Shown here in pieces: positions 25,132 to 34,200 of a DNA stretch of 64,000 nt. Below the pieces are notes generated by a model that was given only the letters and a program-made list of their open reading frames with translations, was not told the origin of the DNA and did no database searches. The position numbers and the translations under genes are program-made. The stretch's first letter is position 1, and each line of letters starts with the position of its first letter. The DNA is from an uncultured Flaviramulus sp. (lineage in GTDB: Bacteria; Bacteroidota; Bacteroidia; Flavobacteriales; Flavobacteriaceae), in contig CANLXL010000004.1 in NCBI GenBank assembly GCA_947495125.1, positions 84,322 through 148,321 on the forward strand. Reading direction: 5' to 3'.

Positions 25132-27747
25132 ATGCATAAATCCCTATTACATATCGTATTGTTCTTTTGTTTATCACAGCAATTCTATTCTCAAGAGAAT
25201 GGAATTGTTGCTTTAGATATTCCTGTTAGAAATTCGCTGAAATTTAATCGATATATCATTAACCCTACCTTCAGCTTTGTGCGTGAACAAAATAAGTATC
25301 TCAGTATAACCAATAAACGACAATGGGTACAGTTTGATGACGCCCCACAAACTTATTTGTTTAGTTACTCTGGTAGGTTTAGAGAAAACATTGGTGTTGG
25401 TATCGGCGCGTTTCAGCAAAATTATGGTGTGCTTACAACCTTTGGAGGTGTGTTGAATTTTGCCTATAATGCCGTTATTAACAGAGAAAGCAATTTAACT
25501 TTTGGAATGAACCTGGGGTTTTATCAAAGTGGCTTGGATACAGGTCGTGTGATTACAAATTTCCCTGATCCTTCATTGGATAACATTCCTAATAACTCTA
25601 TACTCACCATCAACCCTGGCATCAATTATGGTACCGAGTTTTTTGACTTCGGACTAGCTGTAAACAATGCTGTTTCTTATAATTTCAATACTTCTAATAT
25701 CATCGAAGATAATCCTCAACAAGCGGTTCAAGCTCACATCATGTATACCGGTTATATGAATAGCCGCGGTTTTTTTGATGAAAGTAAGTTTTCAACATTG
25801 TTACGGTCTGAGTTTAAAAAAGATGAAACCGTAATTTCCGGAATTGTGATGCTTATGGTGCCAAAAGGAATTTGGGCACAGGCAGGGTACAATAGCTTAT
25901 ATGGAATGTCGGCAGGGATAGGAATTAATATAAGTAAGCAAATCTCCATAGAATATAATTATGAAAAAGCGATTGGAGATTTATCAACATTTGGTAACTC
26001 TCATGATATGACATTGGCCTATAAATTCAAAAATAGAAATAGGTATAGCTATAGTGGGGATGATGAAGAAGAGGCTTTACTTTCCGGAAAGAAGAGCAAA
26101 CGTGTTATAGCAAAACCTAAAGGACCTAAGGTAACTGAAGTAGATAGAGCGGCTATTGCTCAGGCCAAAGAAGAGGCCAGAACTCAAGCCTTGGAAAAAG
26201 CAAAAGCAAAAGCAGAGGCCAGAGCCAAACTCGTAGAAGCAGCCAGGGCCGAACGAGAGGCTAAAATTAAGGCTGCTACCGATAAAAAAGAAGAAGCTCT
26301 GAAAGCTGCAAACACCAAATTAGAGCAGAACACGGTGGTCAAAGAAGAAAAAGAGAAGCAAAAAGCCGAAGAGGCACTTAGAATCAAGCAAGAGCAAGAA
26401 GCAAATGTAGAAGAGGCGAGTAGAGCCAGATTGGCTGAAGAAGAAAAAGCAAAGAAAGAAGAGGAAAACAGATTAAAATTAGAAGAAGAAGAAGCCAAAG
26501 CTAAAGCGGATGAAGCAGCTAGGGTTAAACTAGAGGAAGCCGCTAAGGCGAAAGCAGAAGAGGCCGCCAGAATAAAGTTAGAGCAGGAATTTAAGGCTAA
26601 AGCCACCGAACAGGCGAGAGTTAAGGAACAAGAAGAAGCCAAGGCAAAAGCTGAAGAAGCTGAAAGGTTAAAATTAGCCGAGGAAGAAAGAATTAAAGCA
26701 GCAGAAGCCGCTAGAATTCAACAGGAAGAGGAGGAGAAGGCTAAAGCTAAGGCTGAAGAGGAGTCCAGAATTAAATTAGAAGAAGAAAACGATGCTAAAG
26801 CAGAAGTTGAAAAGGCCGAAGAAGACCCCAATATTCAAGTCATAGAAGAGGATGCCATAATATTCCCTTATGAAAAGGATGAGGACATAAGAAAGATGAA
26901 CGATTTGACGAAGCTTACGGTAGATGCTAAGATTGAACAGGAAAACTTACTGCTTAGATTGCGAGAAAAAGTAGCTAGCAAGCAACAAGACCTTGACGAC
27001 TTAAAAGAAGAGAATGATCTAAGTGAGCAAGGTATTTATAAAGCGCCAAAAGCGTTTAAAAGTGTTTCTGCTGAGAATGCAGCTTTAGAAGCTCTAAAGT
27101 TGGAAATAGATGGTGCTATCGAATTACAAAATGAAAAAATAACAGAATTAGAAAATCTATACAAAGACAGACTTAAGAAGATTACTGATAAAAATGATGA
27201 GACTAACGCATTCTATTTAAAAACTATAAATGAATTAAAAGCAGGGCAATTACAAATAATGCAATCAAAAGCACAATTGAATGACACCTTGGAGGAGATC
27301 AAAGTAGCCACAGAGTTTGAAAGAAAACGAAGAATAAAACGTGCGGCTTACGACAACGAAGAAGATAGATATGCGAAAGATAGAGCAGCTTTAAAACAGA
27401 TTACACAGTTTACACCTCAAAATGGTGCAGTATTAAATGAAGAAGACTTCGATTTTGGTGAAACCTTAAGTAGTAATATACAGATCGTGAAGGACGTTAA
27501 GCATGTTGAGAGTGGTTATTACCTGGTTATTGCCGTACATAGTGATGTTGATAAAAGAGATGACTTTTTAACGAAGGTTGTTTCTCTGGGGCAAGGTGAT
27601 ATTGACTTCTTTTATGATGTAAATACCAGTAAATATTATATCTATCAACAGAAATTTAACGGTGTTGAACAGGCTAGAAAAGCCATAGAATCCAAAGGGA
27701 ATGAGCCTTATAATAGTAAAATGTCTTTGGTGAAAATAGAAAACTAG
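25132..27747 (+). CDS. PorP/SprF-family T9SS membrane protein fused to a long Lys/Glu/Ala-rich coiled-coil spacer and a C-terminal SPOR-like domain
   Basis: Residues ~25-300 are PorP/SprF-like (IINPTFSFVREQNKYLSITNKRQWVQFDDAP...). Nt ~26110-27330 encode EEAKAKAEEAARIKLE-type repeats. The last ~85 aa (GYYLVIAVHSD...YYIYQQKFNGVEQARKAIES) fit a SPOR fold pattern. The start lies 2 nt after the preceding cargo gene. Confidence 0.85.
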   Translation: MHKSLLHIVLFFCLSQQFYSQENGIVALDIPVRNSLKFNRYIINPTFSFVREQNKYLSITNKRQWVQFDDAPQTYLFSYSGRFRENIGVGIGAFQQNYGVLTTFGGVLNFAYNAVINRESNLTFGMNLGFYQSGLDTGRVITNFPDPSLDNIPNNSILTINPGINYGTEFFDFGLAVNNAVSYNFNTSNIIEDNPQQAVQAHIMYTGYMNSRGFFDESKFSTLLRSEFKKDETVISGIVMLMVPKGIWAQAGYNSLYGMSAGIGINISKQISIEYNYEKAIGDLSTFGNSHDMTLAYKFKNRNRYSYSGDDEEEALLSGKKSKRVIAKPKGPKVTEVDRAAIAQAKEEARTQALEKAKAKAEARAKLVEAARAEREAKIKAATDKKEEALKAANTKLEQNTVVKEEKEKQKAEEALRIKQEQEANVEEASRARLAEEEKAKKEEENRLKLEEEEAKAKADEAARVKLEEAAKAKAEEAARIKLEQEFKAKATEQARVKEQEEAKAKAEEAERLKLAEEERIKAAEAARIQQEEEEKAKAKAEEESRIKLEEENDAKAEVEKAEEDPNIQVIEEDAIIFPYEKDEDIRKMNDLTKLTVDAKIEQENLLLRLREKVASKQQDLDDLKEENDLSEQGIYKAPKAFKSVSAENAALEALKLEIDGAIELQNEKITELENLYKDRLKKITDKNDETNAFYLKTINELKAGQLQIMQSKAQLNDTLEEIKVATEFERKRRIKRAAYDNEEDRYAKDRAALKQITQFTPQNGAVLNEEDFDFGETLSSNIQIVKDVKHVESGYYLVIAVHSDVDKRDDFLTKVVSLGQGDIDFFYDVNTSKYYIYQQKFNGVEQARKAIESKGNEPYNSKMSLVKIEN

Positions 27748-28071
27748 ATGGTATGTTACATGGGACCATTTAGTTTTGGTATCATCTAATTCGATCTCTA
27801 AATTACAAGTAGGATAATCCTATATGTATGAGTTTTTAAAGACTTCCAGCCTTCTTCATTTCGTTTGAAATCCCATCTTTTGCAATGCCATTATTCAGTT
27901 TTTTTGACATGATATATGAGGTTTAGCAATGTTTGAATGTTTAAAGATTGCACCATAGTTCTTAGAGTTGAAGGCATATCTGTCAAATTTAAAAAGGCTC
28001 AATAGTCTACGGTTTTGATTAAAATTATATTAAAAATACTACATAAATTATTTTCAAACTCTTCAAAAGTA

Positions 28072-28103
28072 GTATTTCATCGATAAACAGCATAAAATTT
28101 AGC
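28072..28103 (+). repeat. fourth copy of the GTATTTCATCGA element, upstream of the giant adhesin gene
   Basis: GTATTTCATCGATAAACAGCATAAAATTTAGC aligns with 22094-22128 (GTATTTCATCGACCTAAAAGCATGCAAAATTTGAA) beyond the 12-mer core. Confidence 0.55.
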
Positions 28104-28285
28104 AATTGTTCTTCATTGTTCGAAAAAAATTCACGACATTTATACCGTTTAAAAACACGAAATATCGATAATAAGTAATACACGTAGTATTATTTATATG
28201 ACTATTGAATTTTAATGTGATGAATAACGAGTTTATTTCTTTTTGAAAATGCCCTAACTCAAGAGAAGTAATAAATATAGCCAAC

Positions 28286-31200
28286 ATGAAGAAATCTACT
28301 TTATTAAAAAATGGACTTGTTGTATTCCTATTCCTTTTAAGTTTACCCCTGTTCGCACAAAACTATGTGCCCTTTACCCCTAGATTTAATCAAGATCTAA
28401 AAGGAGATATCCAACTTATTGGTAATAATATTTTAGGACCGGATAATAATGCGTTTAATGATAATAGCGTATATAACCATAATGTGAATATGCAATATAT
28501 TGACATCGATGGTGACCCAACGACATTTAGTTCATCCAGTGCAGATTTAGGAATTCCAAATCCCGGTTGTTATAGAATTGTTCACGCCGGACTATATTGG
28601 GGAGCTGTAACCAATGGCCCTGAATCTATTACGGACGTAAAATTTAGAGGACCTACAGGCGGATACCATGATGTGGTAGGAACTGTTATTTTTGAAGCGA
28701 ATGGAACATCTGTAGACGGTGGTGATAGTTTTTCATATGCCTGTTATGCAGATGTCACACCTATTGTTACTGGTTTAACGAATGATTTAGGGACTTACAC
28801 TGTTGCCAATGTATCTTCTTTAGAAGGTGAAACGGGACTTTTTACACCTAGAAATGGAACAGGGAACTCAGCGGGTTGGTCTTTATTCATCGTTTATGAA
28901 GATCCTACGGTACCGGGTAAATCAATTACCAGTTTTGACGGGTTTAGTGCCATTAGTGTTCCTGGAAGTAACCCTACTTTAGATGTTCCGATTTCAGGAT
29001 TTAGAACGATTCCCGCACCGGCGCCGGTTAGAGCAAATTTTGCATTTGCTACCTTAGAAGGGGATAGCCCCATTTTAGGGGATCGCTTATTGCTTAATGG
29101 TGTTAGTTTATCTACTGCAGATCGCCCTGTAGGTAACTTTTTTAATAGTTCAGTAACCCAATTAAGTGCGTTACCCGTTAATAACAGAAACCCAAATAGT
29201 ACGAATACTTTAGGATTCGACACCGGAGTTATGGTTGTACCAAACCCGGGAAATACGGTTATTGCGAACGATGCGACCTCAGCGACAGTGCGTTTAGAAA
29301 CCAGTGGAGATACTTACTTTCCTTATTTTTTCGCCTTAGCCGTCGATATTATTGAACCCAACATCGTACTTACAAAAATTGTTGAAGATGCTTTAGGAAA
29401 TGATATTGGTGGGCAGTTAGTAAACCTTGGTGATGAATTAAATTATGTTATTGGCTTTCAAAATACCGGTAATGACGATGCTACAAACCTTACCATTAGG
29501 GATATTCTTCCTGAAAATATTGTTTTTAATTATCCGGCAGACCTCGGCATATTGCCTCCGGGAGTTACCGTACAGAGCTATGATCCTACAACAAAAGAGA
29601 TTATTTTTAGCATAGATAATTCCGTGGTTGAAGAGAACGATCCGGTACAGGAAATTCGTTTTAAAGTTACGGTTGTTCAAACCTGTAGTTTACTTAATGA
29701 TGCCTGTGATAATATTATTAACAATCAAGCTTACGCCACTTATAACGGAACCTTAAATCCAACATTTACGATTTCAGATGATCCTAGTTTTAATAGTAAT
29801 ACAGGCTGTCTGTTAACGCCCGGAGCAACCAATTTTTTAGCGGATATAGATTGTACGTTTCGCGAAGATGTTATACTCTGTGGTGCGAGTACAGTATTGA
29901 CATCTGGAGACGGTTACGACTCCTACTCCTGGTCAACAAGTCCGACAGGAACCCCTGTTATAGGAACCTCACAAACTTTAACGGTGACCACTACGGGAAC
30001 CTATTATGTGCAAAATACAGCCACGGCACCTTGTCAATCGACAGATCAGGAATTTAATGTTATTACTTTTGGTGCAGGTGTTACAAACCCTTTAATTCCC
30101 TTTGCAGATCAAGTGGTTACTTGTCCGAATGACGGAAAGCAGTTACCGAATTTCTTTTTATGCGGTGCCACTGATTCCAGATTTATTCAAACAGGTATTT
30201 CAGATACTTCTTCTATGATATGGGAGATATTGGATGAAACAAGTTGTGCTGCAGTTCCGGATTCTGATTGTGCCAACGAGGATCCCGGATGTACTTGGAA
30301 TCAAGTGGCTACCGGTCCGGATTTTTTAATCGATACTGCCGGTCAGTACCGATTAACATTAAATTATACAGGTGGATGTTTTAATCAGTTTTATTTCAAT
30401 GTATATACCAATTTATTAATACCTACGGTGACCTCAAGAGATATTATTTGTACCACACCCGGAGAGATTGTTGTTGGCGGTGTACCAAGTGGCTATGAGT
30501 ATAGTATTGACGGCGTAAATTATCAAGCAAGTAATACGTTCTCCATTAATACGCCCAATATTTATTCTGTCTATGTAAGACAGATTGGGGTGACTCCTAA
30601 TCCCTGTATTTTTACGGTACCGGATGTTCAAATAAGACAACGGGATTTTACCGTGTCAACCATAATTACGCAGCCCTATTGTAACGGCGGGCAAGGCAGT
30701 GTGGTATTGGCGGCGAATGATGTACGTCCGCAGTATTTCTTCTCCATTTACGATGGTGCCACACTCATAAATAGTGTAGGACCAATAGCTGCAGATAATT
30801 ATACATTTGCGAACTTAAATCCGGGAACCTATACGGTCAATATATCTACAGAAGATGGGTGTTTATATACAGGAAATATTGATATTATTGATCCTCCATT
30901 ATTAACGGCCACTTCTGCGCTTACACAACCCTTAACTTGTACAGATGGGGAGATTACGGTTTATCCGGTTGGAGGAACACCACCTTATTTCTATTTTGTT
31001 AATAGTACAACCGTTTTTCAAACGACACCTACTATTAATGTACCTACAGCGGGAACTTATAATATTACCGTGGTAGATTCGAACAATTGTTCAGCAGATA
31101 CTTCCATAGTGGTAAATGCGACGCCAGCCCCGTACTTTAATGTTACCAAAACAGATATTTTGTGTGCGGATGCCGTAAACAGCGGCGTCATTACGGTTAA

Positions 31201-34200
31201 TGTCACCAATCCGAATGGAAACAGTTTGTTATACAGTATTGATAATGGAGTAACATTTTTTAGTTCTCCGGTCTTCACAGGATTGATTGCCGCAGACTAT
31301 GAGGTTGTTGTTCAATATACAACCGGAACAGATGTATGTACTTCTGCACCACAAACCATTACCATAAATACAGAACCTGCAATAAATGGCACGGCAACCT
31401 TAACAACACCGTATACCTGTACAACAACCGGAGTAATTACGGTTTCAGGAGTTACGGGAGGAACAGCTCCTTATAGCTATAGTCTTGATGGTATCACATT
31501 TCAACCGGGAGTAACATTTACCGGTTTAGTGAATGGAACATATACTGTAACTATTAGAGATGCCAGCGCCTGTACATTTATAACCGCACCAGCTATTATT
31601 GCTCCTTTAAATCCACCAACAGATTTAACATTTTCGAATACACCTTTAAGTTGTCCAACACTGACATCAGATGTTACCATTACCGGAACATCAGGAGGGA
31701 TATTACCTTTGGAATATCAAATCATAGCACCTGCCGGAGCGACAACACCTTACCAGTCTTCGAATATTTTCAGCGGATTAGCTCCGGATACATATACGTT
31801 TCAGGTAAGAGATGCTAATAACTGTCTTTATAGTGAATCTTATACTATAGCGCCGTTACCACCTTTAGCAATAAGTACCGTATTAACTAAGGATTTAGAT
31901 TGTACAGCTTCACCGAATGGTACTATTACAGGAACTATTTCGGGAGGAACAGCACCATTTACTTATGAAGTGTCCTTTAATGGCGGAGGGTATACATCCT
32001 TAGGAGCCACCGGATCACCATTTACGCATTCAGCCGCTACAGATGGGACATACCAATTCCGAGTTACGGATGCTAATGGTTGTACTTCAGATTCGAATGT
32101 ACAAACCGTTAATCCTATTTCATTACCAGAGATAACGTCTGTGGTTCAAACACAACCTATTTTGTGTAATGGCGACTCTAATGCGGCCATTCAAATAACC
32201 ATAAATACTACCGTAGGCACACCACCTTTTGTGATTAATGTGAACAATGATACTACAGGAACAAACTATGGAACACAAACCAGTGGTTTACCCGCAGGAG
32301 ATTATACGATTACACTAACCGATGCCAAATCTTGTACAGATACTGAAACAATTACCATTTCGGAACCAACGCCGATTATAGTAACACATCACGCGGTTGA
32401 TATCACTTGTGGCGCTCTTGGAGTTTCAAAAGGTTCTGTGATTGTTGATGGTGTCACCGGTGGAACAGCACCATATAACTATTTTGTTACAGGTACAAAT
32501 GGATATTCGGCTTCAGAGCTTAATGCTTCAGGTACGGTGTCAACAACCTTTGATGTTGTTGATTTTGGTTTGTATCAAATTAATGTTGTGGATTCTAATG
32601 GATGTTCGGTATTGGTTCAGGATGTATTAGTGGCATCACCGCCGGATGATTTGGATATCTCTGTAAATGCTACAGTGAATTGTGTTACCGGAGGTGAAGT
32701 GGTCGTAAATATTGGAACAACTCTTGTAAGTGCCGGACCGTTCTATTTTGATATTTACCGAGGCGTAATTCCACCGGCCCCACCAGGAGGTACTTGGGTT
32801 GCTGAAGATAGCCCAGGTAGTCAGTCGGCGACTTTTACAGGTTTAATTCCCGGTGTTACCTATACCTTTATAGTTTATGATGTTTCAACCGGATGCAGCT
32901 ATTTTGAAACTGCTACAGCACCGGTTCCAACCAATTCCACATTAACGGCGTCTGCCTTAACGTCTAATAATATTACCTGTGTTGGTAGTGCTGACGGCAA
33001 TGTGTCGTTCACCGTAAATAGCGTTTATCTCGTGTCAACCGATGTCAATTATGAAATATTTGATGCCTTGTCGATAACAACAACCGGGGTTACCGGAACA
33101 GGAACTGTACCGGCTGGAGGATCACTGCCGATATCCAATTTAGGACCATTACCTTTTGGAACCTACTTTGTTTTGGTTACAGAAACTACGGGACCAAATA
33201 CTGGGTGTGGCGCGGTTACTATTCCTTTTAATATCACCGAATCTGCTATAGATTTAACCATAAACGCTACCGTTGATAATAATGCCAATTGTAATCCGAA
33301 TTCGGGGCTCATTAGTGCTATTGCCGCAAACGGTACGGCACCATATGTATATCAACTTACAACTTCAGCAGTACCGCCATTAGCAACAGATCCGTCATGG
33401 GCGTCAGCAAATACGTTTAATGTTAATGCTAATAGTTACTATGTTCATGTTATGGATGCTTATGGTTGTATTAAATCCACTCCTGTGTTGGTAGTACCGA
33501 CAGACCCGGAACCGGTAATAGCAGCAGCAGTAAATAATCAATGTACGGATACCGAAGGAAACTTCGCAATCGATGTCACCTTAACAACCGCTGGAATGCC
33601 ACCATATAGTTATAGTATTGATGGTGGCGCATTTCAAACAAGAACGGCACCATTTACGATTTCGAATTTAACCTCAGGAAGTCATACCATAGAAATTCAG
33701 GATATTAACGGTTGTGGTAATCTGGTTACTGTAGATATTGCCCCACCATTAGATTTAATACCTTCAATTTCGGCCTTACCGAGTTGTAACAATGACGATG
33801 GTGAAATTACCATAACAGGATCAGGGGGAACCGGGACGTATTCTTATGCCATCAGCCCGAGTCCGGCTTCAATTGGTTTAGTTGGAAATGTATTTTCAGG
33901 TGTTCCGTCAGGAACTTATACTGTAACCATTACGGATACCAATACATCATGTACTGAAGATGTGAGTATTGTGGTTCCTGCAGCAACGCCACCAACAATT
34001 ACAACAACACCAACCGCAGTCACTTGTTTTGGAGATAGCAGTGCGTTCGAAATACTGGTAAGTGGATATACGGGACCTTATAGTTATGAAGTATTCGATA
34101 GTTCAAGCACTTCCATTTTGGGTGTTGTTAATGCCAATACATCGACCAACCCTGAAATTGTATCCGGAGTTTTAGCCGGGCAATATACAGTGGTTATTAC

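Noticed and set aside
26184-26642. 152-aa minus-strand ORF rich in Ser/Ala/Leu (MASSCSLTLACSVALALNS...)
   Set aside because: It is the antisense mirror of the GAA/GCN/AAA-rich Lys-Glu-Ala repeat of the 25132 gene. It is low-complexity, lies entirely inside a well-supported CDS, and has no promoter or family signal.
28099-28287. 62-aa minus-strand ORF in the gap upstream of the giant adhesin gene
   Set aside because: It is low-complexity and AT-driven (many N, I, F, K). It overlaps the likely promoter and 5' region of the 28286 gene and abuts its ATG. No signal or family motif.
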